64,000 bases of DNA from Promethearchaeota archaeon (lineage in GTDB: Archaea; Asgardarchaeota; Lokiarchaeia; Sigyniarchaeales; SOKP01), in contig JAHLWP010000017.1 in NCBI GenBank assembly GCA_019057865.1, positions 1-64,000 on the forward strand, read 5' to 3'. Position 1 is the first letter of the stretch. Every line of letters begins with the position of its first letter. Shown here one piece after another: positions 9,630 to 20,790 of this stretch. The notes under the pieces were generated by a model that ran no database searches, was not told where the DNA came from, and was given only the letters and a program-made list of their open reading frames with translations. Made by a program: the position numbers and the translations under genes.

Positions 9630-11222
9630 ATGAGCTTTGGATATTTTGGTTTAGTATTGCATGGTCATATTCCATGGTGTAAAAAATCTGGAACTTGGCC
9701 TGCAGGTGAAGAATGGGTCATGGAGGCTATGAACGAGACATATATTCCTATGTTAAATATTTTGAGGGAATTGAAAGAGGATGACATTAAAACAGCGATT
9801 ACTATAAATATTACGCCAATATTAGCTGAACAACTAGCAGATGAATACATGAAACAACGATTTTCAGAGTACATGGAAAATTTAATCTCAAGAGCAAAAA
9901 ATGATATTAATAGATTTGAAAACCATCCTGAACGAAGAAGAATTACTGAATTTCATTTAAGAAATTTTGAGCATGTATTAGATACTTTTTATCATAATTA
10001 TTATAGAGATATCTTAGGGAGTTTTAAATGGCTCCAAGATAAAGGGATGATTGAATTAATAACATGTGGAGCAACACACGGTTTTTTACCACTTTTTGAG
10101 AGCGATTCTGGAATTTTTTCTCAAATTCAGTTAGCCTTAGATACTCATAAAAAGTATTTCCAAAGAGAACCAAAAGGCATCTGGCTTCCTGAATGTGCTT
10201 ATCGGCCTAAAGAATACAGAGATGGTAAACTTCGAGAGAGTATTGATTATTGGTTGAATAATTCTGGTATAGAATACTTTTTTGTTGATTCTCATGGAGT
10301 TTTAAATGCTGAGATACTTGAGCAGAAGAATGAAATAGGATTAAATACAAATTTTGGATACAATTTAGAAACTGGTGTATCAGTATTTGGTAGAAATAAG
10401 AATATAAGTAGACAAGTTTGGGATGCAAAAATAGGATATCCTGGAAACGAACATTATAGAGAATTTCATAAAAAGGATCAAGAATCGGGATTACATTATT
10501 GGAGAATTACTAGTAAAAATTTAGGAACAGGGGAGAAACAATTATATAATATTGAAAAGTCAGAAGAAGTAGTTGAATCTCATGCAACTCACTTTGTTTC
10601 ATTGATTATCGAAGAGTTAAGACAATTCTCAGAAAAATTTTCAACAAACGGGATTATTGTCTCTCCTTACGATTTTGAACTTTATGGTCATTGGTGGATG
10701 GAGGGAATATTATGGTTAAAGAAAGTCTTTGAAATGATTCAAAACTATGAAGATATAGAAATGATCACTATTTCTGACTACATTTCCAAATATAAAGATA
10801 ATTTTTCAATAATTAGGATTGGAGAAAGCAGCTGGGGTGAAGGTGGTCATTTTCAAGTTTGGAAAAATCCGGAACATGGTTGGGTTTGGCCTTACATCAA
10901 TGGATCAATAAAGGAATTTGAAAATGTTTTAGAAGTTAACCCTAATCCCAATAATTGGGAAAGAAGGATCTTACAGCAGATAGCCAGAGAATTATTGTTA
11001 ATGGAAGGTAGTGATTGGCCTTTTCTACTCTATACTAAACAAGCAAAAGAATATGCAAATATGAGATTTCATCATCATCATCAAAGATTTAACAGGTTAA
11101 TTTGGCAAGCCAAAGATTTTAAAGATATCAACAGAATATCCTTAGAAACATTAGAGGAAATTGAATCCATAGATAGTTGTTTTCAAAATATAAACATTAA
11201 TTATTTTAAAAGAATTAAATAA
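9630..11222 (+). CDS. GH57 1,4-alpha-glucan branching enzyme
   Basis: LHGHIP, ATHGFLP, GIWLPECAY, PYDFELYGHWWMEG and SDWPF motifs. Confidence 0.93.
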   Translation: MSFGYFGLVLHGHIPWCKKSGTWPAGEEWVMEAMNETYIPMLNILRELKEDDIKTAITINITPILAEQLADEYMKQRFSEYMENLISRAKNDINRFENHPERRRITEFHLRNFEHVLDTFYHNYYRDILGSFKWLQDKGMIELITCGATHGFLPLFESDSGIFSQIQLALDTHKKYFQREPKGIWLPECAYRPKEYRDGKLRESIDYWLNNSGIEYFFVDSHGVLNAEILEQKNEIGLNTNFGYNLETGVSVFGRNKNISRQVWDAKIGYPGNEHYREFHKKDQESGLHYWRITSKNLGTGEKQLYNIEKSEEVVESHATHFVSLIIEELRQFSEKFSTNGIIVSPYDFELYGHWWMEGILWLKKVFEMIQNYEDIEMITISDYISKYKDNFSIIRIGESSWGEGGHFQVWKNPEHGWVWPYINGSIKEFENVLEVNPNPNNWERRILQQIARELLLMEGSDWPFLLYTKQAKEYANMRFHHHHQRFNRLIWQAKDFKDINRISLETLEEIESIDSCFQNININYFKRIK

Positions 11223-11264
11223 TATTTTTTCCTGGAATTAATAAATTCTTCATGAATTTCATGG

Positions 11265-11813
11265 CTATAAAATAAAGATTGCTGCTGCTAATACAGATGC
11301 CCATTCTTCCTCTTCTCTAACTGATGCATGAGAGGTAATATTTTTAGTCTCAACAATCTTTCCTCCCATTTTAAAGACTTCTCTTTTTTCATCATAGTTC
11401 GCATTGGGATCAAACGGAATTCCCAGAGTAGTTGCTAACATTTCTGCTGCTAGATCTTCAGCGATATCTCCAACTATTTCAGGATTCACACCAAAAGAAT
11501 GATGTTCACTCAAATACCCATATTGACCTTTATCAGCAGGTTTTGCTACTCCTATAGAAGCACAAATTAAACGATTATATTCATTGGAGTCTGCTCTTGC
11601 CAAAACAGTAAATACTATTTGACCGGGACGTAGTTGTTTTAATCCATCCTCACTATTTATCTCAATACAATAGGCAGGAAGTATTGAAGAGACATTGACC
11701 AGATTATATTTTTCAATTCCAGCATCTCTGAGAGCTTGTTCGAAAGCTGCTAGCTTAGTTTTGTGAAATCCTTGACCTTTAACAAAAAATACCTTTTTTG
11801 GGACGAGAGCCAT
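11265..11813 (-). CDS. pdaD: Pyruvoyl-dependent arginine decarboxylase
   Basis: AFEQALRDAGIEKYNLVNVSSILP self-cleavage motif and GYLSEHH. Confidence 0.92.
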   Translation of the reverse strand: MALVPKKVFFVKGQGFHKTKLAAFEQALRDAGIEKYNLVNVSSILPAYCIEINSEDGLKQLRPGQIVFTVLARADSNEYNRLICASIGVAKPADKGQYGYLSEHHSFGVNPEIVGDIAEDLAAEMLATTLGIPFDPNANYDEKREVFKMGGKIVETKNITSHASVREEEEWASVLAAAIFIL

Positions 11814-12067
11814 CGTTCATTCCTCCTAATATTATTAAATATTAATTAAGAATTAATTATAAATGGTAATATTTAAATTTACTTAAAATATAGAAATATA
11901 TTAATAATTTTAAATAATAAATCAAATTAAGTATAAGAATTCATTTATTCGGTAAAGTTAATTTGAGTTTATATGAAAAAAGAATGGTTTATAAAATTTA
12001 ATCACAAAGATCATTAGAAGCAAAAAAAGCTAATTTAATTCAAAAATTTAAACAGGATAATCTAAAT

Positions 12068-13365
12068 CTAAGCGTCCTCTAATTTTATCACATTATTCAA
12101 TTCTTCATAAGCTTTGTTTTTACTGTCTTCATCATGTTGACATTCTATTATCCTCCAAAATCTATATTCATGGTTAAGATAAGCAGGACAGTCCATTTTT
12201 ATATCATCAGGACAATTTGTAATCTGCCAGCATTGAAAATTAGTTTCTTCAAAAAATTTATGGAATTTTTTTGGCAACTTTTTATAATCAAACTGAGTCT
12301 CTTTAATGTAGTTGTCCAAATCATTTGAATTATAGGTGTTCCAAAATAGTATAATTTTATTCTTGTTTTCTTCCTTTATAAGGAAATCAAACATTCCTGC
12401 CATTGCTTTTCCCGTATAAGTAGTTTCTAAATCAAATCCTTTTTCTTTCCCTTCCAATTCAAATATGGTATCTACGGCTTTTTGCCCTCTAATTGTTTTC
12501 ACACCATATCCAGATCCCAAATAACATTTTATTAATTCAAAATCATCTTCAGTAACCTTTAATTTTGGGAAGTTTTTATCTTTTTTATGTAAATATTTAA
12601 GAGCTTTACTCGCATTTCTAGCTAAATTAGAGCTATTAACAATGAAATCTTTAACCACTGCTACTGCATAAACTTTAGTTTTAAGTCCTAGTAATTTACA
12701 ACCTGCTATTAATCCTGCTGCTGTTCCTGTAGTACCAGCTGCTATAAATATTATATCAGGTTCAGAGATTTGTCCTTTTTTAATTTGCTCATTTAACTCT
12801 AAAATTGCTTCTATAAAACCAACTATTCCTAAAGGAGTTCCTCTACCAATTAAAGGACTTCCTCCTGGAAGTATAAAATCATATTTACGGTGAAAAATCC
12901 AAAAAAATAAGGCTTTAATATATGTACTAACGTCTCTTTTACCAAAATGTAGTTTTGCTCCAAAATAATCATATAGTAATAATGATCGTTGTACATGCCA
13001 AGTGAGAGGTTGATTAAGAGAAATAAATCACATTTTAATGGGGGATTTAATATATTACAAGCAATTAAACAAGCTAATCCATGATTTGTGCCAATACCTC
13101 CACAAGTTATAATTGCTTTCTTCTTCTTTCTTTTAATTATATTTCCAAAGATGAATTCAAGCTTCCGGAGTTTATTACCACCATAAATTTGGTGATTTTT
13201 ATCATCTCGTTTAATGTAAATTTGACCATCCTCTAAATTAAAATATTTTTCTAGTTTAGTTAATCTTTCCACAGGTGTAGGCACATTAGTAAGTAGAGGT
13301 ATCCAAGGAACTTTTTCCTTCAGATTGGGATATTCTTTAAATAAGAGAGGTTCTATTCGTTCCAT
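12068..13365 (-). pseudogene. PLP-dependent ACC deaminase/D-cysteine desulfhydrase family enzyme with one frameshift near 13016 and a Cys-rich C-terminal extension
   Basis: KRDD...GGNKLRKLE; adding one T near 13016 gives FLFNQPLTWHVQ...PGGS...AAGTTGTAAGL, continuing into LETTYTGKAM. Confidence 0.8.
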
Positions 13366-13442
13366 ATTGATTAGAATACTGAATTAATAATAAAATTTTA
13401 TAATGAGAGAGAAAATTAGAATTTTGTTTAATATTTTAAGAT

Positions 13443-14219
13443 TTAGTGCTTTTCTTTCACAAACTTTTCAAGCCTCTGTTTCAGTTCTTCAGATTGACCT
13501 GTTAAAATCATTGCTCGTAATTCCTTGGCTAGTACCGATTCAAGATTGTCGTCTTGGTTTTCATTTATCAATTTTTTTGCCCATTTGAGAGCTAAATGAT
13601 CTTTTTGTACTATTGAATTTGCTGTACGTCTAAGAATTCTTTTTAGTCCTTCAGGCTTACAAACATGATTTACTAATCCGATATTAAGAGCTTCTTCAGC
13701 ATTAATTTCTGTGCCTAGATACATTAATTGTTTTGCTCGACCTTCACCAATAATTCTTGGCAATAATTTTGTAGATGCATTAGAAAAGAATAGTCCTACT
13801 CCTAGTTCTGGGAGCATTATCCTTGTATCATTTGCTGCGATTCTTAAATCACAATATAATAACTGCTCAAATCCTCCCCCAATAACCCAACCATGAAGAC
13901 CAGCAATAATCACTCCTGGATGAGCTATCATAGCTCTTGTTAAATTTTGAAAGGATTCCAAAAACTCTATAGCTTCAGCTAATCTTTCTCTACTTGTAAG
14001 TAGATCATATCCATATTTCAGGTCAGCACCTACAGTGAAATGTTTCCCATTAGCTGCATAAATAACACAAACGTCATTATTCTCAGCACTTTTTTTAAAA
14101 GCATTAATCAATTCTTTAAGAGTTACTAAATCTAAGGTATTTCGCTGTTCTGGTTTGTTTAGTGTTATTTTTCCAATATCTCCTTGTTTTTCATATAAGA
14201 TAATTTCTTTTTTCATCAT
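13443..14219 (-). CDS. Enoyl-CoA hydratase/isomerase
   Basis: ITLNKPEQRN, FTVGADL, GWVIGGGFE...CDLRIA, PELGVG; start more likely 14219/14216 than 14279. Confidence 0.9.
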   Translation of the reverse strand: MMKKEIILYEKQGDIGKITLNKPEQRNTLDLVTLKELINAFKKSAENNDVCVIYAANGKHFTVGADLKYGYDLLTSRERLAEAIEFLESFQNLTRAMIAHPGVIIAGLHGWVIGGGFEQLLYCDLRIAANDTRIMLPELGVGLFFSNASTKLLPRIIGEGRAKQLMYLGTEINAEEALNIGLVNHVCKPEGLKRILRRTANSIVQKDHLALKWAKKLINENQDDNLESVLAKELRAMILTGQSEELKQRLEKFVKEKH

Positions 14220-14319
14220 CTTTCTCCATATCAGATTCATTATGAATAAAAAGTTCTTATATAAGAAATTATTTTTCATTTTTATACAAAATTTAATTTT
14301 CAGTAAAAAACCATAAATA

Positions 14320-15939
14320 ATGATGAATAAAAAATTGGATATTCCTAAGTATGATTATCTATGGCAATATGTAAAACATTGGGCTTCGATAGATCCTGAA
14401 TTTCCTTTTATAAAATTCAAATGGAAAAAATACAATGCGAAAGAATTCTCTGATACAGTTGATCATTTAGCTGAAGCTTTTCTAGATCTAGGGGTAAAAA
14501 AAGGTGATACAATTGTAACAATATTACCCATGATTATAGAATATGTTTTAATATACTTTGCAGCTAATTCTATTGGTGCAATTTGTGTACCAATGGATGT
14601 CCGTTTTAGATCAGCAGATTATAGGCGTTTTATCCACCATGTAGACCCTAAATTAGTATTTCTAATAGGAAAAGCACGTGGATATAATATTGCCAATATT
14701 ATTAAAGAATTAAGTTCAGAGTTTAACTCTAAAATCAAATACTATATAATAGGAAGAGATGAATACGGAAATCCATTTGAAGAATTATTAACAAAAAACT
14801 ATAAATTAAGTAATGAATTAAAAGCAGTACAGTTAAAATTGAGTCCTGATGACGGTGCTCTAATTATCTTTACTGGTGGAACTACAGGTGTACCAAAAGC
14901 AGCAATGTTAACTCATAGAAACATTGCGCGAGCAAGTTATTTAGAAGCGAAGTACATTAAGGATAAAGGGGAGCCTTTAGGATTAAAACCTAGATTTAAA
15001 ATGATTAACAATTTTCCACCTAGTCATGTAGGCGGCTCTGTCGAAATCATGGGTACCATTATTGCTGCAGGATGTGAAATAATTTTACAAGAACAATGGA
15101 ATCCATATGCAGTGTTAAGAACAATAAGAAAATTAAAATTACAATTGATTGGTGGCGTTCCAACAATGTATGCAATAATGTTAAGTTTACCAGATTTAGA
15201 TAATTTTGATTTATCTTCATTAGTTTTAGCTGTAGTTAGTGGAGAGAAATTGAGCATGGAACTTTTAACTGGTATGAGAGATAAAATCTGCCCTAATATT
15301 ATCAATGCTTATGGAAGTACAGAATCAGGTCCAGAAGTTACATTTACAGATATAGGTGATCCATTAGAAGAATTAGCTAATGGTTATATTGGTAAATTAT
15401 TACCTGATCAGGAGATGAAAATAGTAGATGAGAATGATAATGAACTGAACTCAGGAGAAATTGGCGAAATGTTGTTTCGAGGTTCTTTAACTATACCCGG
15501 ATATTATAAAATGCCCGAGGAAAACAAAACAACTTTCACTATAGATGGTTGGTGCAGATCTGGAGATTTAGGTTATATCACTAAGGATAGTAGAATATAC
15601 ATTAAAGGAAGAAAGAAATTTATTATTCGAGTAGGCAGTTATACAGTATTACCATCTGAAGTAGAAAGTGTAGTTATTGAACACCCTAAAGTAGCTATGG
15701 TCGCAGCTGTTGGAGTTCCTGATAAAATTTATAATGAGGTAATATGGCTTGCTGTCGTCCCAGAATCCGGACAAGAAATCAATGAAATTGAAATAATAGA
15801 AATGTGCAAAAAAGATTTAGCAGATTTCAAAGTTCCTAAAAAAGTTATAATTAAGAAAGAACTTCCTATTACTCGTTTAGCTAAAATAGATAGACCAACG
15901 CTCCAAAAACAAATTATAGAAGAATTTAAGTTAGTTTAA
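14320..15939 (+). CDS. Acyl-CoA synthetase (class I adenylate-forming enzyme)
   Basis: FTGGTTGVPK, YGSTE, SGDLG and GRKK motifs. Confidence 0.92.
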   Translation: MMNKKLDIPKYDYLWQYVKHWASIDPEFPFIKFKWKKYNAKEFSDTVDHLAEAFLDLGVKKGDTIVTILPMIIEYVLIYFAANSIGAICVPMDVRFRSADYRRFIHHVDPKLVFLIGKARGYNIANIIKELSSEFNSKIKYYIIGRDEYGNPFEELLTKNYKLSNELKAVQLKLSPDDGALIIFTGGTTGVPKAAMLTHRNIARASYLEAKYIKDKGEPLGLKPRFKMINNFPPSHVGGSVEIMGTIIAAGCEIILQEQWNPYAVLRTIRKLKLQLIGGVPTMYAIMLSLPDLDNFDLSSLVLAVVSGEKLSMELLTGMRDKICPNIINAYGSTESGPEVTFTDIGDPLEELANGYIGKLLPDQEMKIVDENDNELNSGEIGEMLFRGSLTIPGYYKMPEENKTTFTIDGWCRSGDLGYITKDSRIYIKGRKKFIIRVGSYTVLPSEVESVVIEHPKVAMVAAVGVPDKIYNEVIWLAVVPESGQEINEIEIIEMCKKDLADFKVPKKVIIKKELPITRLAKIDRPTLQKQIIEEFKLV

Positions 15940-16044
15940 TCTAATATCAAATCTTATTTATAGTATTATTTTATATTTTTATTATTGAGTAAGGAAAATC
16001 TAAAATTACAATTTTTTCTATATTGTTTTATATAGTGATACAAT

Positions 16045-17571
16045 ATGGTTTTAGAGAAGCTGAAACCAACAATTGTTTGGAATATTTTTGAAAATGTCGT
16101 TGCTAGTACCCCTAGACCCTCCAAACATGAAGAGAAAATCCGCAATAAGATTAAGGACTGGATATCTGAGCAAAAAAGAATAACTAACATTAATTTTAAA
16201 ATCTATGAAGATAATATTGGAAATTTATTAATTAAGAGACCCGCTTCAAGAGGAATGGAATTAAGTCCTTCTATTTTACTTCAAGGACATCTAGATATGA
16301 TATGCGTCACAGAGCGGTCAGAAGGGTATAATTTTTTTGAAAAGGGGATTCCATTACGAATCCAAGATAATAATGAGTGGATAGATGCCGATGGAACAAC
16401 ATTAGGAGCAGATAACGGTATAGGAATAGCATTAGCACTTGCTCTTCTAATAGAAAAAGAAATTGAAGAACCTCATGGACTTATTGAGGTGCTTTTTACT
16501 GTTAATGAGGAAGATGGATTCACAGGAGCAACTAATCTTGATGTTAAAGCGCTTAATATTACAAGTAAATATATGATAAATTTAGATAGTGGACCGCAAG
16601 GAGAAATTATTATAGGGTCTGTTTGTGGAAGAAGAACTTATTTTAGGAAAAAGTTTGAATGGATAAAACCAGAATCAAAAGAGGATTTAATATTTATTGA
16701 ACTCGCTATTAATGGACTTTTAAGTGGCCATTCTGGAGGTGATATTCATCTTCCTAGAGCAAATGCAAATAAATTAGTAACTAAGATACTATCTGCTATA
16801 ATTCAAAAAATTGATATATATATTTGTAATTGGAATGGGGGTATCAAAGGGAATATTATTCCTAGTGAATCTAAAGTAAAATTTGCAATTAATTCAAAAG
16901 ATCAAAATTTATTTGAAAATTTAATTGATAAAGAAATTTCCGCCTATTATGACTATTATAAAAGTATTATATCTAATCCGCCCAAATTGGAGCCAAATTT
17001 ACAAATTGAATGGAAGACAGGAGAATCAGAAGATTTTCTATCTTTAATAGATACAAAAAATGTCATTTATACATCACACATCATTCCTCATGGAGTTATC
17101 CGTAATTCTCCTTTTTTTGAGAACTTTGTAGAGACTTCAAATAATTTTGCAACTGTTAAGACAGAAAATAATGAGATTGAATTTCAATTATATCCTCGTA
17201 GTATTATACGTACAGAACTAGATAATTTCTGTCGTAGAATGATTCACTTAGGAGAATTAACAGATTGGCAAATTACATTACGTTCCGTCTTACCTGAATG
17301 GAAACCACGACCAGAATCAAAGTTCCTAAGGTATGTTAAAGAACAATATGAAGATCTCTTAAAAAAACCAGTTAAAGTCAATGTAATACATGGAGGATTG
17401 GAGACTGGAATGATAAGTAAAAAAATTCCAGGAATAAATATGATCTCTATTGGTCCTACAATAATTGGGGAACACACAACTAATGAAAAAGTGAAAATAT
17501 CTGATGTTGGAAGGGTCTATGGATTATTAATTCAGATTATAAAGAATTTTCCAAAATCAATATTAACTTAA
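16045..17571 (+). CDS. pepD: Aminoacyl-histidine (beta-Ala-His) dipeptidase, M20C
   Basis: PRPSKHEE, QGHLDM, TTLGADNGIG, GHSG, HGGLETG. Confidence 0.9.
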   Translation: MVLEKLKPTIVWNIFENVVASTPRPSKHEEKIRNKIKDWISEQKRITNINFKIYEDNIGNLLIKRPASRGMELSPSILLQGHLDMICVTERSEGYNFFEKGIPLRIQDNNEWIDADGTTLGADNGIGIALALALLIEKEIEEPHGLIEVLFTVNEEDGFTGATNLDVKALNITSKYMINLDSGPQGEIIIGSVCGRRTYFRKKFEWIKPESKEDLIFIELAINGLLSGHSGGDIHLPRANANKLVTKILSAIIQKIDIYICNWNGGIKGNIIPSESKVKFAINSKDQNLFENLIDKEISAYYDYYKSIISNPPKLEPNLQIEWKTGESEDFLSLIDTKNVIYTSHIIPHGVIRNSPFFENFVETSNNFATVKTENNEIEFQLYPRSIIRTELDNFCRRMIHLGELTDWQITLRSVLPEWKPRPESKFLRYVKEQYEDLLKKPVKVNVIHGGLETGMISKKIPGINMISIGPTIIGEHTTNEKVKISDVGRVYGLLIQIIKNFPKSILT

Positions 17572-18465
17572 AATATAACCTTTGCCTTCTCGTTCTATCA
17601 ATTTATTTTTAATGAATTTATCAAAATGTTTTTGGATCATTATCATTTCAGCAATAATTTCATATTTCTTGAATTCACTATAATATTTATATATAAGATT
17701 TTTACCCTTAAAATCTATTACTAATATTGGTTTGGTCTCAGGGAAATTTGATAAAATGCGCTCATCACGTTTATGGATTACTGATTTGTACTTAATTAAT
17801 TCTTCTTTTATCTCTTTTCCGCCCTCAATTATTCCTCTATGACCAGTAGTAGCCATCTCTATATCTAAATCTATTAATTTATCGAGTGATTCTTCAAAAT
17901 CAATTAAATTTGAGTCAATACCCGCATAAAATACAAAATTAGTTAAATCAATATCTGCTAAGAAGGCTATTTTAGAATTCAGTTCTAAAAATGAACAATG
18001 ACCGGCTGTATGCCCAGGAGTATGAATTACTTTCAACTCATAATCACTACCAACTTTTATTATCTCATTGTCCGTTAAAGCTTTTTCTATTTTGGTATTA
18101 TCTAATTTGAAGCTTTCCCAAAGCCATTCAAATTCTTCTTCTGCTGGACTATTTGAGATACCATAATATTCATAAAATTTATCAACATTCTCTATCAGAA
18201 ATTTATCTTTTGAATGGATGAAAAAGTTGGCATTAGACAAAAGCCTATTACCTGAAGTATGATCTTCATGCCAATGCGAAAGTAATACATTTTTTATGGG
18301 GAATTGTCTTTTTAACTTTCTCAATAATCTACTTGAGATTCCTGTATCAATTAAATAATCTTCAATAAGTAAAGAGTGCGAGTAAGGATATTTTCCATTT
18401 CTTGCTCCTTTTATAAAATAAATATTCTTAAATTCATCTGAAATAAGTTCTAAAAAATTATCCAT
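17563..18465 (-). CDS. Metallo-beta-lactamase-fold hydrolase
   Basis: SHWHEDH, HTPGHTAGH, TGH. Confidence 0.9.
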   Translation of the reverse strand: MDNFLELISDEFKNIYFIKGARNGKYPYSHSLLIEDYLIDTGISSRLLRKLKRQFPIKNVLLSHWHEDHTSGNRLLSNANFFIHSKDKFLIENVDKFYEYYGISNSPAEEEFEWLWESFKLDNTKIEKALTDNEIIKVGSDYELKVIHTPGHTAGHCSFLELNSKIAFLADIDLTNFVFYAGIDSNLIDFEESLDKLIDLDIEMATTGHRGIIEGGKEIKEELIKYKSVIHKRDERILSNFPETKPILVIDFKGKNLIYKYYSEFKKYEIIAEMIMIQKHFDKFIKNKLIEREGKGYILS

Positions 18466-18715
18466 AACGATCCTTTAACTCAAGAATTTGAAAGATTTAA
18501 AGGTTTTTAATGTCTTAAATGTTTGGATTTATTTCTATTAGTTCCCTTATTTTTTTAAGTTAGTACACTAGTGGAACATTAATTTTTGAGTTTTAATTTT
18601 TATGAATTATTGGAGTTTTTATTGTTTTTTGAAAAATATAATATGGTTAAGTTTGTATTGACCATCTTAAATTACATTTAATTAAAATAGAAATAATCGA
18701 AGGGGTTTAATAAAA

Positions 18716-18880
18716 ATGCAATATTATTGTCCCAATTGTACGAGCATGAAAAAACCTAAAATAATAAGGTATTTTCCTCCCATAACAGTAAGGTGTTCGG
18801 ACTGTGGTTATATAAATTTTGAAATAAAATTTATCAAGGATGAGAAAACTAAATACACATCAATTCAATACTCTTATTAA
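18716..18880 (+). CDS. 54-aa zinc-ribbon microprotein (not in the ORF track)
   Basis: MQYYCPNCTSMKKPKIIRYFPPITVRCSDCGYINFE...; AGGGG SD-like motif upstream. Confidence 0.7.
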   Translation: MQYYCPNCTSMKKPKIIRYFPPITVRCSDCGYINFEIKFIKDEKTKYTSIQYSY

Positions 18881-18920
18881 TTCTCCTATATTTGGTGATA
18901 TAATTTTTTTTTTATTTATT

Positions 18921-19097
18921 CTATTTTAAAGCATAATAACAACGTTTTGGAGAATATACTTTTCCTTCTTCTCTTAATTCTTTTATTATTTTGGATACTT
19001 CTTTAGATTCTATACCTGTTTTTTCAGCAACTTCACCCGGTCTAAGTGGTTTATCAGTATTCTTAAAAATTTCTAACACTTTATCTTTAGCTACCAT
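18921..19097 (-). CDS. Small winged-HTH protein
   Basis: PLRPGEVAEKTGIESKEVSKIIKELREEGKVYSPKRCYY. Confidence 0.8.
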   Translation of the reverse strand: MVAKDKVLEIFKNTDKPLRPGEVAEKTGIESKEVSKIIKELREEGKVYSPKRCYYALK

Positions 19098-19216
19098 AAT
19101 TAATCCATAAACAATCTCTATTTTTAAAGACATCTATTGAATTCATAATTCATAAATATCTAACGAAATCATTATTAATTATTACTTTAAATCAATTTGA
19201 TATTTTAAAAAAAAAG

Positions 19217-20704
19217 TTAATAGCTTTTAGCAATATAAACAGTACATCCAGCAGGCTTTCCACATATTAAACAAGTTGCAAATTCATGCTTTTCCTCATC
19301 AACCCTTATACCTCGAACTTCTCCACCAATTTCTTTTTCAACCACTTCAGCACATCGATAGGCATCCATATCAATTGAGCAAAAACCACAGCAAACTATC
19401 TTTCCATTATTAATTGCTTCAATTGCAGCATCTTTTTCATATACACATTCAACTTGAGATTCAAAATCGATTATTGATTTTTCTTTTATCTCTTTAGTAT
19501 AATTTTCAGCGATTTTACCAATAAAATTTTGTAATTCTTCATCCTTTATCGTGAATTTTTCACCACTATGGCGTTTTACTATTACTACTTGATTTTTTTC
19601 AATATCTTTTGGTCCCACCTCAATTCTAATTGGAACTCCCTTTAATTCCCAATAATAAAATTTATTGCCAACTGACTCATCAGAATCATCAAGTTTAACA
19701 ACATACTCATCTTTGAATTTGTTGTAGATCATTTTCGCCTTAGATAGAATTAAATCTTCTTTACTTTTATAAATTATTGGGATTATAACAATTTGAACTG
19801 GTGCTAAGTCAAAAGGTAAAACCAAACCTTTATCATCTCCAAGGTAAGCGATCATTGCCCCATAGTTTCTACTTTGGGCAGGACCATAACAGGTCTGATA
19901 TCCAAATTTCTCATTACCATCTTTATCTACAAATTTAACATTAAAGGGTTTTGAAAAGTTTTGGCCTAGTAAATGAGTAGATGGTAATTGTAAGACTTTT
20001 CCTGATCCCATAAGAGCATCAGCAGCAAATGTCTTTAGAGCTCCAGCGAATTTATCCCACTGTGGACGTTCAAAAAAAATAATTGGTATTGCAAGTTCAT
20101 CTTGAAGCATCTGATATGTCATCTCCATATCCTGTTTAACTTGGCCCATTGCTCCTTCCATTGTTGCAAAGACATCATGAGCTTCAATCCAATGAAATTC
20201 TCTGCCCCTAAAAAAGGGTCTTGTCATTTTACCTTCATATCTCCAGACTTGACATGATAGATATCTTTTGAATGGTAAATCTTTATAACTTTGGATCCAT
20301 AAAGAATACATTTTATATAACGCGGTTTCACTTGTAGGACGCAGAGCTAAACGTTCTGCTAATTTACCAGAACTTCCAGCTTCAGTTACCCAAAATACTT
20401 CTGGAGCAAAACCTTCAACATGTTGAGCTTCTAATAGGAAATTTGACTCAGGGATTAATGAAGGCATAGTAAGAGGTAAATGATCATTTTTTTCTAACAA
20501 TGCCTCATATTTTCTATACATTTTATTTATCGTAATGGTCGCCCATTCACGATAAACAACAAATCCTTTAATATTATATCTAATATCAGCTAACTCTGCT
20601 TTATTAAGTAATTCAGTATACCAACCTGAAAAATCATCTTCTTTAGACACGGTAATTCCAGTTATAGGAACTTCTTTTTTCTTTTTTGCCATAGAGATCA
20701 TCAC
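19217..20704 (-). CDS. proS: Proline--tRNA ligase (archaeal/eukaryotic type)
   Basis: DFSGWY, RPTSET, REFHWIEAH, HLLGQNFSKPF, C-terminal AKSY. Confidence 0.97.
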   Translation of the reverse strand: MMISMAKKKKEVPITGITVSKEDDFSGWYTELLNKAELADIRYNIKGFVVYREWATITINKMYRKYEALLEKNDHLPLTMPSLIPESNFLLEAQHVEGFAPEVFWVTEAGSSGKLAERLALRPTSETALYKMYSLWIQSYKDLPFKRYLSCQVWRYEGKMTRPFFRGREFHWIEAHDVFATMEGAMGQVKQDMEMTYQMLQDELAIPIIFFERPQWDKFAGALKTFAADALMGSGKVLQLPSTHLLGQNFSKPFNVKFVDKDGNEKFGYQTCYGPAQSRNYGAMIAYLGDDKGLVLPFDLAPVQIVIIPIIYKSKEDLILSKAKMIYNKFKDEYVVKLDDSDESVGNKFYYWELKGVPIRIEVGPKDIEKNQVVIVKRHSGEKFTIKDEELQNFIGKIAENYTKEIKEKSIIDFESQVECVYEKDAAIEAINNGKIVCCGFCSIDMDAYRCAEVVEKEIGGEVRGIRVDEEKHEFATCLICGKPAGCTVYIAKSY

Positions 20705-20790
20705 CTATAATATTCTAAAAATTAAATATTTTATGAGAATTATACAATTTATACCGTTTTTCAGAAGAAATAAATAAAAAAGTATTACGA

